The notes under the pieces were generated by a model that was not told the DNA's origin, did not search any database, and saw only the letters and a list, made by a program, of their open reading frames with translations. Below, in pieces: positions 37,095 to 51,514 of a DNA stretch of 64,000 nt. The translations under genes and the position numbers were made by a program. Within the stretch, counting starts at the first letter, position 1. Each line of letters begins with the position of its first letter. Source of the DNA: Lama guanicoe (taxonomy: Eukaryota); the NCBI GenBank assembly GCA_013239625.1, contig MU056050.1:4845366-4909365 (forward strand), given 5' to 3'.

Positions 37095-37590
37095 TATTTT
37101 ATTGAAATCTAGTCAGTTTACATACAATGTTATGTCAATTTCTGGTGTGCAGCATAATGTTTCAGTCATACATGAGAATACATATATTCATGTTCATACT
37201 CTTTTTCACCATAAGTTACTACAAGGTATTGAATATAGTTCCTTGTGCTATACAGTATGGACTTGTTGTTTATCTCTTTTATACATAGTAGTTAGTATCT
37301 GCAAATCTTGAACTTCCAGTTGATCACTTCCCACCCCATTCTCCCCTGGTAACCATAAGTTTGTTTTCTATGTCTGTGAGTCTGTTTCTGTTTTGTAAAT
37401 AAGTTCTTTTTTTTTTTTTAAGATTCCACATATAAGTGATATCCTATGGTATTTTTCTTTCTCTTTCTGTCTTACTTCACTTAGAATGACAATCTCCAGG
37501 TTCACTTAGAATGACAATCTCCAGGTCCATCCATGTTGCTGCAAATAGCATTATTTCATTCTTTTTTATGGCTGAGTAGTATTCCATTGT
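37095..37590 (-). mobile_element. Young L1 3' end with an internal 25-bp tandem duplication
   Basis: Same family as 6510-6975. TTCACTTAGAATGACAATCTCCAGG occurs twice at 37476-37525. Confidence 0.9.
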
Positions 37591-40500
37591 GATGTATGTC
37601 AGTTATTTCTCAATAAAACTGGAAAAAGAATAGCATTATATCAAATGATTATAATTAAAAAAAATTAAAAAGCATTTGACATGCAGAATTACTTGATTCA
37701 GTATTTTTGGTTTAGCTCAGTTAAGCTTACCAGTTTAGCTCAGTTAAACTTTTATGTGTATGCAGTAGGTTAGGCAAAATCCTATACAACCAACATTGTT
37801 TTGATACACCATAGTCAAAGAAAAGGACATTAGCAAGTTGTTGGGTGCATTAGAAATTTCAGTGTTTTGTTTTAAAATGTGAATCCTAGGGTGTCTATGA
37901 ATGTTCATGTGCCTAATACTTTTTACTTATTGAGGATATGAGATGCTTTACAAATGGAGGACCTACCCCATACATTCATAGAAAGAGAAAAATTATTTTT
38001 AAAACAATGCTTGGTATTTAAAATTGGCAATTTCTATTACATGTATGAGAAAATAAAAATGGTTTTCCTCCTTTAGAAAATAAATATAAACCATAAGAAT
38101 TGCTATAAACTATCTCTTACAGTTTTTTTTCCCACATAATAGTTTATCTGTCACTTTTTACAGTGAATAATATAATTGTTTTGGCACATTTTAATACTGA
38201 GAAACTGATTCACCTGTCCACACTTTAAATCAACCAGAGCATTGTTATCTACAGTAGGAAATAAAGCAAGGAGAAACACAATCAAGAACTTTTTTTGAAA
38301 GCAAATAACCTTCTGAGGACTAAAATATCCTATTCCAAATACTGAAGATTCGGTCTTTCTAGTTCGTATAAAATATACATGAACTTTACATAAAATATAC
38401 ATTTCCAGGTCTGAAATTACTTCTTGGTACATATCATTTATGTCTTTCAAAATGAAGCTAGGTATGTTGGGGATTAGGTATAATCCATTAAAAGTATATT
38501 TCTAATTATGATTAAAAACAGAAGAATAAGCATAAGTAAGTAACTGATTAAATATCCATAATTAGTTCTAATCTAATAGCACATACAAGAAGTTGTTCTT
38601 AATTGTCTTCATTATCTTGTAGGTCAAATTTGTACCAGTATTTATCAGTTTTCATATTAGTAACAAACTGTATAAACTCTGCCTAAAACAGTTTTGAATC
38701 TTTACTAGCAGATGACCATTTCTCTACATTTTCTTATATAAGAAATTGGTGCTTTGTAAAAAACAAAACAAAACAAAGCAAAAAGCAAAAAAACTACTGT
38801 ATTGATTTCAGATTATGGGATGTGAACTACTTACACTGTTCTGCTGTCAAGTTTTAACAGACATATTATTTGGTACTATATCATGTGTCACACAGATCAC
38901 AGATGTACTTACAATAAATCAAGCTGTCCTGTTTTACTATCATTATACCTAAGTCCAACAACTGATCATTCAGGAAGACTGAACTGATTGAAAGTAAAGC
39001 CTAACTAAACTTTGTCAGTCATACAATATGACATTTAAAATTTAGATACCATTTATTATTTTTCCACTTCAAGACTATTTTAGGTAAGATTTTATATGTA
39101 TATCCATGTATGTGTGTGTGTGTGAGTATTATGTAGATATTAAATTCATTAGGAAGACTTCTCTTTTGACAGTTCAATATTTTACCACTGTAGTGGTTTT
39201 CAGTTTGTTAATATTTTAGTTAGTCACATTTTTGACACTAGTCAGCCTAACTTCTGAGTATCCCATGTGATAATGCCTTACAATTATATATAACTTCATT
39301 TTTCTAAAAACACTTTCAAATACAATAGTCCTTTTTGATCATCTCAGCACCTTGTAATGTAGGGTAGCTAGTGTCAGAATTATTTACTTTAGAAGAAACC
39401 GAGACCCCTATTGGTCAGACAGCTGGGGGTGGAATCTTGGACTCTTGACCCTTGGTTTAGTGTTCTCTTCTTCACCAGGCACTGCCTTTCTTTATTGATT
39501 TATAAAACACCTTATCTTCTTACATATGCAGGTAATTTCATGTAAAGTTATACAACTTGATTTATTTATGTATACTAGACTTATACAGCTAAATTATATA
39601 TATAATCAATATATATACCTTAAGTATGTATCTTATAAGATATATCCCAACCATATATACAGGGCCTGATGCTTTACTATTCCCTGCACACATTAAATAC
39701 TGCAAAAACTTTTTATTGCCTTGGAAACCTCTATTTTTCTACTAATAATGGTTAACATGCACCAAAGATGCTAAACATCCTAATGTTAGCCTTGGCCTCA
39801 GTGCTAGATGTTTTAGCTTATAGTTTGTCCCAATTTTAGATATTTAACCAAAGTGTTAACTATGTACCCTGATTTATCAGTAAGAATTAGTGGATTCCCA
39901 TATCGATAAAAAATAAGCTATTTTTTTAATACTTGTAAGTTTCAACAATAGGAGTATATTTACTACTTTCAAATCCCTAAATATATTATTATTTACTCAT
40001 GTAGCATAGACTAATAAGAACACAAGGGAAATAGCTGGCATATTATAATTGCAGATATGAAATGCAAGCACCTTTTGCAACACATGGACAAGCACAATAT
40101 TGATTTATATTGCTATCCAAATGGCTCGACACCATGGTAAAATAGTTATGGTTTGTCACACCACAGCATTATCCTTCTTAGCATTGCTAAATACCTTGAT
40201 GTAAAAGTGTTTTTCAAAAGTAACAGCAGTGCAATTCAGAATATTCTTAAGTACTGAATTCACTGTTTTTTCTCTATTTAGAACATTAAGACAGCTGTTT
40301 AAGATTGAGTGAATGTAACTAAGTACACTCATCTGGTAGTGGCATTTTCTTTGCCCTTGAGGCAATAATTAGTATTAATGGGGAAACTTGCAAATTTGTT
40401 GAGTATTTGGAAGTAAATATCTTTGTGGATGTATATAAATAACAAGAGTTTCTTGGAGACCACTGTTCACTAATAATGGCACTGGGACGTAACATTGACC

Positions 40501-41763
40501 ATAAGAGCCCCCCAGACATCTCAGTATCCTTGAAACTAACCACTGTGATTACCCATGGAGCTATTGAAACCCTCTGGAAACTATTTTTATTTCTAGGTTT
40601 CATTCTAAACTTTTCCGGGGGGGGGGCGGGGTTGGTGGTGGTGTGACTGTGCTTAGATAGCAGAGTGAGAGATCTGCACTGGAAGGAAGAGGGGTTATTT
40701 TCAGATATTCTCCCAGGAGGCCAGCATTGAAGCTGAGAACTCAGTTCATGATGTTTTTGCAGTTACGTCAATAGAAATTCAAATGCCAGATGTGCCCCAA
40801 TAATCCACAACATGGAATTGCTAATATTCCAGGGAAGTCGCACAAAGCTGTCACGTTATCCATTTGCAGTGTTAACAAGCTCCCAAGCAATTTTAAATAC
40901 AATGCAATTTGTAGTGACACCTAACATTCTGCAAATGTGGAAACTTCTGAATTTTCAGAGCTGCCCTATTCTAGAGAACCGAGTTGCTAGTGCAGATTAG
41001 GCAACAATGGCTGATAGAAACAGAGATTCAAATAACAATGCAAATAACTGGCTGAGCCCATGGGGCAAATAGAGACACACCTGCACCTCTGCAAGTATGT
41101 GCTTTGTGAGAGCCGGAAATTGCCTTTTGTGACAGGAAAGTCCATGCTGCTTACTCAGCTTCACTGTTGAGCCTTCTGCCTTGGCATAGGAGGAGTGAGA
41201 TGCTGCATCTGATGAGTTTGGGGATTCAGCACACACCAAAAGAACAAACCTGTTTCATTTGGTTCAGGCGGCTTTTACTGTTCAGCATCTTCTAAATGTT
41301 GAATCTGTAATAAGACCAAATGGAACGGTTCCTGCCGTCCTAGAAATTCTCCCTACTTCTCTCCAGTCCACTCGTACCAGGGTTTATTTTGAGGGGAGGA
41401 ATCCCTAAAATGTATATAAAATTATTATATATGATGTGTGGGGTGCTGAGGGGAAGCAATTCTGTGCCAGCAACCTGTTTAAATCAAAGCTTGTAGCCAC
41501 CCTGCTAATAAATAATTGTTTTCAGGCACTGTAGGGAGCATAAAATATGAGAGAAATGGATCTATCCTGTAGAAAGAGGAAGCTCACTGGAAGTCAGCAT
41601 ATACCTGTATGGTAAGAATTCTAGATGACTATTTGAGTTTTTTTTTTTTTTACAGTTAAAGTGTGGATCAGTTATACATGTTTTAATCACATGAAACAGT
41701 TTCTTAAATCTCTTTCTATTTCTGTCTGTTTCTGTCTCTCTCTATATTTAAATGGTGATCTGT

Positions 41764-41769
<6 letters not shown>

Positions 41770-41798
<29 letters not shown>
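41770..41798 (+). repeat. (TG)n microsatellite
   Basis: Directly visible. Confidence 0.95.
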
Positions 41799-41802
<4 letters not shown>

Positions 41803-41804
41803 GG

Positions 41805-44800
41805 AGTTTCTGGTATTGGCTTTCTAATTTGATTAGATTTTAAGGCTCTAGTGGCTCTGTTTTCATTGGTAAATGAGACACTGGACACGGATAGTCCCTG
41901 ATATTATGATAAATAGAGATATGCCAAACAATCACTCTTGGATAATCTTAATCAAATATTTATAAAAAGTAAAGCTCTGGGTGACTGTGTATTTGATACC
42001 TTAAAACATTTTTGTCAAACTAACGAGTATGGTGAGATTGGCTTGTTTGCTGTTGACTGCATTGGAGAAAGGGGCGGGGGAAGGGTGATCTCAGGGCTTC
42101 TAATGCTCAGTCCAGGCTCTGCATAAATTACCTGAAACTTTCTATGTCTTCCTTGAAAAAAACTCTTGAGAAAAATATACCCTATTGTGGCAGGTCTGAG
42201 ATTGCTGAAAACCAAATCCAGACTTTGATCCTCTTAGTGGATGAATTACATGATTTGAATTCCCAACCTTATAGGGTCTCTTCTGCTAAAGTAAGGACAT
42301 TGCTCTGGAATGACTGGGATTCTGAACATTGGAATGGGGACCTGTGGGAAGATCCTGGTAAAGTTGGGGATATCGAACCCCTAAATTCTGATGACTCTTC
42401 TTTGTCAGTTGAATGAGCTCTTCTACCCGAGAGAGGAGTTCAACCCTGGTTTGCCTAAGGAACCTGTAATGGCCTCCCCTGAGTTACTTATCTTGCAAGA
42501 CACTGTAGATTCTCTTCAGGACCTATCCCAAATACCCTTCTTTGCTTCAAGAGCTGTAACTAGACACAAGTCCCAGCAGACCCTGAAAGGTGAGGTGCAA
42601 GGTGTGACCTATGAGGCGATCCACTATACTTTAAAAGAAGGGCGTGCTTTTTCCGATTTATGTAGACAGAAATCTGGAGAACATGTGTGGGAATGAATAT
42701 TAAAGATTTGGGATAATGGTGGTAGGAACATAACTTCAAAGGAGGCTGAATTTATTAATATTGGCTCACTAAGAAGAATATATCCAATGTTGCATCTCTA
42801 GGGGATAGTGATCTCTAAAAATTCTGTTGGTTGTATGCCTGTGGTATGGATCTAAAGATGCCTAAACTAAATGAAATTAAAATGTCAGAACTTCCTTGAT
42901 ATACTGTAGACAAAGGTATTCAAAGGCTTAGCAGTATTGGAATGTTAAAGTGAATTTATCATATAAAATCTGCTTACCTACCCCAAAAGGATCCGGAAGA
43001 CATATCTTTCACCATAATTGTACAGAATAAGTTTGTGAGGGGAGCCTCAAAATTATTGAAGAACTCTGTGTTTTCTCTTTTCTGTATGCCAGAAATTACA
43101 GTGGGAACATCTTCCACTAAAGTGGCTTTTTTTTTTTTAGTATTTTTTAATTTTTATTTTTTTGATTTTACAATGTTGTGTTAGTTTCTGGTGCACAGCA
43201 TAGTGACAGTGATCAGTTCCCTAATTTATCAATTCTGAGCCATGAGCCAGTGAACAGACATAGAACTCCTTGAATGAAAGGGAGACTGGGCCCCCTTGAA
43301 AGAAGACCCCAGTACACTGTCAAAAATTTATGCTGTTAAGTTCTCTCCCAGCCTTTCCCAAAGGGATCTACAGCCATTTACCAGGGTGACTGTGCCTTGA
43401 GGAGAAGACAATAATCAGACTTTTATGGGATTAATGTACCCTATCTCTGAACTGATACTAATTCAAGGAAACTCAAAATGTCTCTATGGTCCAACTGTTA
43501 AATTAAAAGTTTATACATGTCAGGTACTCAGTGGAGCATCAATTCAAGTCCATCACACTTTGGTCTCGGTGGGTCCCCAAACTGATCCTGTGGTTATTTC
43601 CCCAGTTCTAGAATGCATAAGTGGAATAAAAATACCCAGGAACTAGCAGAATCCCTGTATTATCTCCCTGACATGTGGAGTGAGGGTTATTATGATAGGG
43701 AAGGCCAAATAGAAGTCACGAGAACTTCCTCTCCCTAAGAAAATGGGAAACAAAAGCAGTACCAAATTCTAGGAGGGACTGCAGAGATCTGTGCCACCAT
43801 CAAGGACTTAAAGGAGGCTGGGATGGTGATTCTCACCATATCCCATTCAACTCCCCAATTTGAGCTGTGCAGAAAATGGGTGGATCTTGGAGAATGACAG
43901 TGGATTATCATAAGCTTACTCAGGTGGGGACACCAGTTTCAGATGCCATACCACATGTGGTTTTCTTGTTTGAACAAATAAACACATACTTTGGCACGTG
44001 ATATGCAGCTGCTGAATTGATCTGGCAAGTGCTGCTTTCTCCAACAAATAAAGACCACAAAAGCAGTTGGCTTTCAGCTGACAAGGCCATTGATACATCT
44101 CCACTGTCCTGCTTCAGGAGAATTTCCACTCTCCAGCCCAATGTCATCATAGAAATGATGGAGACTTGATCGCTTTTGTCTTCCACAAGACATTACACCT
44201 GAAAAAGAGGCATAACTCCTAGTGGGCCTCTTTGTATATTTGAGGCTACATATTCCTCATTGGGGTGTGCTATTCTGGCTCACTTATGAAGCACCATGAA
44301 GTCTCATAGTTTTCAGTGGGGCCCAGAACAAGAGAAGGCTTTCCAGTAGGTCCAGGCTGTCATGCAACCTTCTCTACCACTTGGGCCATGTGATTTAGAA
44401 GATCCGGTGGTGCTTGAAGTGCCAGGGGCAGATACACATGCTCTGAAGGCAGGCCATTGTCAGTGAATCATTGAGTAGATTCTTAGGATTTTGGAGCCAA
44501 GTCCCCTGTGGATAACTACCCTTTCTTTGAGAAACAACTTGTGGATTGCTAATGGGCCTTTGTAGAGACTAAATGGTTGGCCATGGCCACCAAGTTATCA
44601 TGTTACCTGAGTTGCCCACTATGAACTAGGTATTGTTTGACCCACCAAGCCAGCAGGATTCCGTCATCAAATAGAAGTGACATATACAAGATCAAGTTTG
44701 AACAGGCTGTGAAGGCACAATTAAGTTAAATAACAAAGCGACCCTAATGCATATGGCCTCTTCTCTCACTGTATATCCTTTTTTCACCCAGGCTGGACCT

Positions 44801-45945
44801 ATGTCCTCTTGGAAAGTTCCTTGTAATCAGTTGACTGAGTAAGAGAAAACTCAGGCCTGGTTTACAGATGGTTCTTTATGATATGCAGGCACCATCTGAA
44901 AGTGGACAGATACAGCAGTACAACCCCTTTCTGAGACATCTTTAAAGGACATTGGTGAAGGGAAACCCTCCTGGGAGCAGAATTTTGGACATGTGCACCT
45001 GATTTTTAATTTTCAAGGAAGAAGAAAATGCCGGAGGCATAAGTATATACCAATTCATGGGATGTTGACAGTGGTTTGGCTCGATGGATAGGGACTTAAA
45101 GAAACATGATTGGATAACTGGTAACAAGGAGGTCTAGGGTAGAGATATGGGGGTAGACTTTTTTGAATGTGCAAAACAACAACATGAAGGTATTTGTGTT
45201 CCATGTGGGTGCTGCTTATGGGTGACTTCAGCAGAAGAGGATTTTTAATAATCAAGTGGCTAGGATAACACATTCCAAGGACAGCAGTCAGACTCTCTCC
45301 AGCTTCCCTTGTCATGACCCAGTGAGCTTAGAAAAGTGGTCATGATGGCAGGGATGGAGGTTAGCATGGTCTCAACAATATGTACTGCAACTCACCATGG
45401 TCTACCTGGCTACAGCCACTGCTTAGTACCCAGTTTGCCAGCAGCAGAGGCCAATACTGAATCTCCAATATGGACTCTTTCCTGGGGTAATGAGACAACT
45501 CCCTTGTGGCAGGTTGATTACATTGGTTCACCTCCATCATGGAAGAGAAAGTGCTTCATTCTTATTGAAATAGACACTCTGTATATTGATTTGCCTTCCC
45601 TGGATGCAGCACTTCTGTAAAAACCGTCAGATGTGTACTTGATGGTGCCTTATGCACCATCCCAATATTCCACACAGCATTACTTTTAATCAAGCAACTG
45701 ACTTCAGAGTAGATGGATTGCAACAATGGATCCATCATCATGGAATTCACTGGTCTTACCGTGGTCCCTACCATCCTGATGAGGCTGACTTGATAGAATG
45801 GTGGAATGACCTTTTGAAGACTCAGTTACAGTGCCAGCTAGGTGGCAATACTTTATAGGACTGGAGTAAGCTTCTCTGGAAGGCTCTGTATGCTTTGAAC
45901 TAGCATCCAATATGTGGTGCAGTTTCTCCCATAGCCAGGATATAT
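41805..45945 (+). mobile_element. ERV-L (class III endogenous retrovirus) internal region, degenerate gag-pol, no LTR visible
   Basis: gag: VRTLLWNDWDSEHWNGDLWEDP, RQKSGEHVWE*ILKIWDNGGRNI. RT: WRMTVDYHKL. RNase H: AWFTDGS. Integrase: WQVDYIG, HPDEADLIEWWNDLLKTQL. Many stops and frameshifts. Confidence 0.92.
43126..43205 (-). mobile_element. L1 3' terminal fragment inserted in ERV-L
   Basis: T-rich tail followed by gatttacaatgttgtgttagtttctggtgcacagcatagtga. Confidence 0.8.
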
Positions 45946-46569
45946 ACATTAAAAATGGATAGCATTTTGTTTTTCAATTAAACTGTAGTAGTTGTTTTTT
46001 TTTAATGAATAGAAGACAATTCTTGATAACTAGAGATGAAAAAGACTTAGTTGTTATCTGGAATGACAAAGAAAATTAATTTCTTGTGCAAGCTGGCTAA
46101 CTGGCTGTGGCTTCTTGGGCTGTGAAGGATTATTTGAACACATCTGGGTTTAGCAAAGCATAATTGGCATGATGAATTAGTCACATTTGTTTAGTGTCAT
46201 GTTTCTGCTAATCGCGATTACTTCTAGCCTGACTTTTATTTCATTATGTTTTCTCAATGTGATATTGCCTTGAGTAGAAAAGTTCTATAGGATTATGTTT
46301 AGGGAAATAATATCAGCAAATAAAATACTTACAAAATTAATACAGTGAGTTTTAAAAATATATTAGAAGTAGGAGATTTTATAGGGACATCACCTTTCTC
46401 CAGTAATTTATCATTTAATACAGAGCTTTGTAGGAATATTGAGAATCATAAAAGGTAATAGATTAGTGGGTCATTATCTGTCTCACAAAAATTAGTATAA
46501 AATTTATTTGAATATCCAATTTGCTCATTACAATAAAAACATAATTCACTTTATAAAAATGTGACATAT

Positions 46570-48400
46570 TATGTTTTTATTGCAATGAGAAATTATTCCC
46601 CCCATTCCATCTTCTCACTGACTTTCTCCCTGAGGCAATTGACAGCTGATATTAACAGCCTAGTTCTTTTGTCCTTGTTCATAAAACATATATATATGAA
46701 AGCAACTTTCTAATTTCACTTAACAATGTGTCTTGTTGATATCTACAGGTCAAAGGATACAGTCTTATTATTTTTCTAATGTTTTAATGTGTACACACAC
46801 CCTCTTTTGTGCAATTTTACATGAATGGAATTACACTATTCCTGTTTTATAGGTTTTGGAGGTGCAATCATTTTTCTATTTCACTTGCCTCTCCCACATT
46901 GCTTACCTCCAAACTCCAACTATGGTACAGCCACCTAGGCTGTTTGTGGAAAGATGATTCACAGGCACTGAAACCGATGGGTAGTGTTTGTTTCCTAATT
47001 GTTTTACCTATCACTAAGTAAACTGTATGTTTGTGGGAATGAATTCTTGAGTTACTATCTGAGTAAGTGCATTTATAGTAACGTCTAACACTTAACTAAG
47101 AGTTAACATTTTAGTGAGTACATACATGCACAATGGCTTTCGTTCTTGTTTGATTTCCATCTTGCTTTTCCTATTCAGTAATAACTGTGAAAGTTGTTCC
47201 TTCTCAACTGATATAGCTCTAAGTAATTATCTTAATGGTTATAAGTGTGGCTGCTTCATAATTTATTTAACTAATAACGTAAATAAATAGAAGCATTCCA
47301 GTTCTTTTCTTATTCTTTGTTTCTACAAACAATGCTGTAGCAAACATGCATGTACATATATTCTTTAATAATGGTGTTTATCACTATAGAGCAAATTCCC
47401 AGTAGAGGGGCTGTGGCCTGAAAAGATACATATATTTTATAATTTAATAGTTTTATCAAATAACTTTTCCAAAGGGCTCTAATAAGTCAGATTCAAAGCC
47501 TGCACTTTATGAAAGCATTCTTTCCCTCCATATCTATATCCATCCCATCATAGAAGGGCAGTTTTTTCCTTCTTTTCTTTTTTTTTTGCAAATAAAAAAT
47601 GGTGCATAAAAGCTAGTATCACATTATTGCATATATTTCCTTATTAGTGATTTTAGCACCATCTCTAGTGTGTTGGTCATTTGAATTTTCTCTTTTAAAT
47701 TGCCTTTTCATACTTTTTTTTTCTCCCCTGGGGATGCTTATTTTTCTCTTGACAGATCCCTTAGAGCATCGGTATTAGCATCACCTATGTGCTGTTTGGA
47801 AATTCCCCACCTCCCATCTACTGCATTAGAATCTGCATTTTAATAAGATCCCCAGGTAATGATCCTTACATTTTGAGAAGCGTTTGTATAGCTGCTGCAC
47901 CTTTCCTTTTCTTTAATACCTGTTTTTATTTTGATATGTTGGGGAATAGAGGTTTAATTTATATTCTTACAGATGACTAGCCAGTTGTGCTTATACTGCC
48001 TATTAAATAAACCATTCTTTTACTACTGAATTGAAGTCCTATCTGTGTATTTTATTAAATTCTTATATGTCCTAAGATCTGTTCCTGCAATCTTTGATCT
48101 GTTCTATATATGTATTTCTCTGTTCCTGTATCAATACCATATTGATTTGATTATAGTAGATTTATAGAGTATTCTCGTATCTAGTAAGGCAGGTGACTGC
48201 TCACTCTTCTTTTTATACTTTTCTTGGTTATTGTTGTCATTTCCTCTTTCAGATGAACCTTAAATTATTTATATTTCTAAAAATAAGCAAACTTACTAAT
48301 ACATAATTCTGAAATTGTAATTGCATTAAAAAATGTATTAATTTTAGTATCACTTTCATTTTTATGATATGAAGTCTTTACAAACAATAGCATGGTATCT
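46570..48400 (-). mobile_element. Highly degenerate old L1 fragments with a MER5-like insert at ~47760-47890
   Basis: acaaacaatgctgtagcaaacat..ccagttgtgcttatactgcctattaaataa..caataccatattgatttgattatagtag; agaatctgcattttaataagatccccaggtaat. Confidence 0.6.
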
Positions 48401-48534
48401 CTTCCATTATCCCAACTAAGTCTTGAGAGAGAATATTTTCTCCTAATTATTATAATTTTTACACAAATACTATGGCTCTGTCAAGTAGCAGCTATTGGCC
48501 ATAGTATAAAACAACACTGCACAGATTCGTAGGC

Positions 48535-48745
48535 AAGAGAGGCAATAGCATATACTGAAAATTATGTAGGCTTTGAAATTTGAACTAAGTTTAAATCTCT
48601 TGTGCTTATGCTAATTATTTAACCTATCAAAACCTCAGATTCCTCATCTAGAAAAAGTGGACAATAACTGTTACAGAGTTGTGAAGATGAGATTATTGCA
48701 CCCAGAAAAGGCCCCAGTACCTAATAAGCAAGTATTAGTCACAAG
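48535..48745 (+). mobile_element. MIR SINE
   Basis: tttaacctatcaaaacctcagattcctcatctagaaaa..agagttgtgaagatgaga. Confidence 0.7.
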
Positions 48746-49129
48746 CAAATATTAGTCACAAAATTCCCTTTATGGTGTAATCTTGCAGTTTGGCAATCTC
48801 CTGTTGATTTGAATAATGCTCTATTCATTAATTTTTGATACCCTGAAGCATTTCTGCTGAGAGTGAGACCCTATTAAAAAATACAATGTGTATAAAAGTA
48901 TGCTCATACTTAAGGATTTCCAAATACATTTTTATTACCCATGGGGATTATTTACGTTAATCAAGTAGAACTTTTTGTACAAAATACACTGATGATCACC
49001 ACAGGAATTTGCTTTGTTTCTTTGCTGCTTTCAGGTATAGGGTGTTCTTTTACCTGAAAAATACAAATACAAAAAAGGCCTATGGAGAGTGTAAATTAGG
49101 GCTGATCTTTTCAGTGCTATTTTCTGTAT

Positions 49130-49700
49130 CTCATTTCTTTATTCAATAAATACTATGCACAAGGCATGTGATAGGCACTGGGGATAAAGGATAAGCATGA
49201 ATGAGTGCTCCTTGTATAACATGCAGGACAGATGAAAAAAAATAATTAACTATATATTATTAAACTACAGTTGTGTGTTATAAATAAGTGACATAAATTA
49301 AGAAAGCCTATAGGAGCATTTAAGCAGGGGGGGAAGATGTGTTAAAGTTGAAACCTCTAAGAATAGATACATATTAATCAACTGGAGGAGGAATGAGACA
49401 TTTGGGAGGAAAAGCAGTGTGTATGAAGGCCCTGGGCTGTGAGATACATGACATTTCAAAAACAGGAAAGGTCAGTGAGGCTGGAGAATAGAGCAAGAAG
49501 AAGAGGAACACAAATTTAAGTTTGGAGAGAGAGGAGTTGATTAGGATTATGAGCTTATCCCAAGAAATATGGGAAGTTACTGTTGGATTTTAAACAAGAG
49601 TATGAGATAATCAAATCTGTTTTTCTTTTTAAAAAATTATTCTGAGGAGTGGAAAACGAAGAAGGGCAAAAGTAGACAGAGAAAGACCAAAATTAGTTGA
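49130..49700 (-). mobile_element. L2 fragment
   Basis: attcaataaatactatgcacaaggcatgtgataggcactgggg..gtatgaaggccctg..ggctggagaatag. Confidence 0.7.
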
Positions 49701-50039
49701 CCGCCCATTAGTACTGCAGGTACTGAAAGTGCAAGAAGGATGTATGGAGGAGGTGTTTATATGAGGGAAATTCTACTAATTAACCTGATTTTTCTGTGTA
49801 TTAGGAAGGCATCAGGTTATTTGATTAGCAGTAGAACACACTGGTAGTGTTTTCAGGACACCAGTGTTTTATGGGATCACACTTTGAGATCTACCACTTT
49901 TAGTAACTTTTGGCTTTATTGAATGCACTCCTTGTGCTCTTAAATAATCATTAGTAATTGAGATTTGTTTTATTTTTATGATTTACAGATTAATGTTTAG
50001 AGTGACAGCTTATATATTGAAATATACTGAGATAATTGG

Positions 50040-50270
50040 AAAGACAGTGGACTTCATCATCAGACAGACCTGTGTTTGAATCTCAGCATTTTAACTTCAT
50101 GGCTGAGTTACACAGTGTCAGTGAGCCTTGGTTTCCTCAGCTGTAACAATGAAGAAATGCCTTTTTAGGCACTGATATTACAGGTTGTTATTGAGATCTA
50201 ACTTCGTTACTGTGTATGTGGTGCCGAGGACAGAACGATGCCTCAGTGAATGGTCATTGCTAGTGACAGA
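50040..50270 (+). mobile_element. MIR SINE
   Basis: cagacagacctgtgtttgaatctcagc..gagccttggtttcctcagctgtaacaat. Confidence 0.75.
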
Positions 50271-51514
50271 GAAAATGACAATAGAGATAGTTTACTTTTA
50301 TTATTTTATTCATTGTCACACTGATTAAAAGGAAGTTCTTGCCGTGCATCATAAGAAAGGACATCAGAGAGAAAGGATCCTTGATGGTACAGAAGTGAGA
50401 GTGCCTCAAGAAGCTTTCATCAGAGCTGAGCCATTAGAACATCAGACAAGGAAAAAGTACTCCCAACTTGTGACACACGGAGAAATTCTTCACTCACAGA
50501 GTAGAAAGGGGAGCATTATAAGGAGAGAAGTGTGAAGAGAAATGTTCAAAGAGAAAGCAATGGCTGAACTTCTCAAAATCAGTCCATTTACCAAAAAAAA
50601 AAAAAAAAGAATAAAAGGGTTATTTCTTGTTATTCATCTACGTTTACAGAGTGATTTTACCCATTTTGCTGTATTTCTTGAAGCGTTTATAATATTGCAG
50701 ACTGCATTTAGTTATCATTTTCATTGGTTACTTTACCAGAGAAAAACTATCAGCTATACAAGTATTACTTCTTCCCGTTATTTAGATAAGTAAAGTGAGT
50801 GACAAAATTAAGGGAAGTTCTTACAAATGATGCAATTTATTGATGACAGCTCTTTGTCCAGTAAAACTAAATCTCAGTCTAAATTTTAATTCTCAGTTCA
50901 CTAAATGTTGTCTAAACATAAACCACATAAAACATAGAGGATAACTAATAAAACCTTGAATGCAGCATCCAGAGTTCTTCAAATATGGCTAATCATCATC
51001 GTTTAAAACCAAGTATAGTAAAGCCTTACTTCCCACACTATTTATTCATATCAGCCAAAAAAAAAAAGAGAAAGGAAAAGAAAATGGTTTGAAAATTAAA
51101 ATATATAGGAGATATTAATGCACGCATTCTTCATTCATTGAATAGTTGTTACATTCCTGTCCTGTATTAAGTGCTTTGTATTCAAAGGAAAGGGCAGTGG
51201 GGAGTTAATGTTTCTGGAGGGCTTACGATCTTCCATCTTCCTCATCTCCCCTCCCCAAACAGATTTACCATTGCCAGGTTTTATCTGCTTAACATCTAAA
51301 ATAGATCCAAATCCATTTGATTTTTCTTCAGATCCACTAGTAACTTGTAAGCCCAAGCCATCATCATCTCTCTCTCCTTTGATTTAAATTACTGCAGCAG
51401 CCTCGCAACTGGCATCCCTCTTTTCACTACTGCTCCGCTTCAACTCATGCTCTCTACACAGCAGTCACAGTGACATTTCATAAAACATGAGACTTTCTTT
51501 TTTATTGTTTTATT

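Noticed and set aside
42144..42696. ERV-L gag ORFs as a possible domesticated Fv1-like gene
   Set aside because: Fragmented by stops and frameshifts; no long intact frame.
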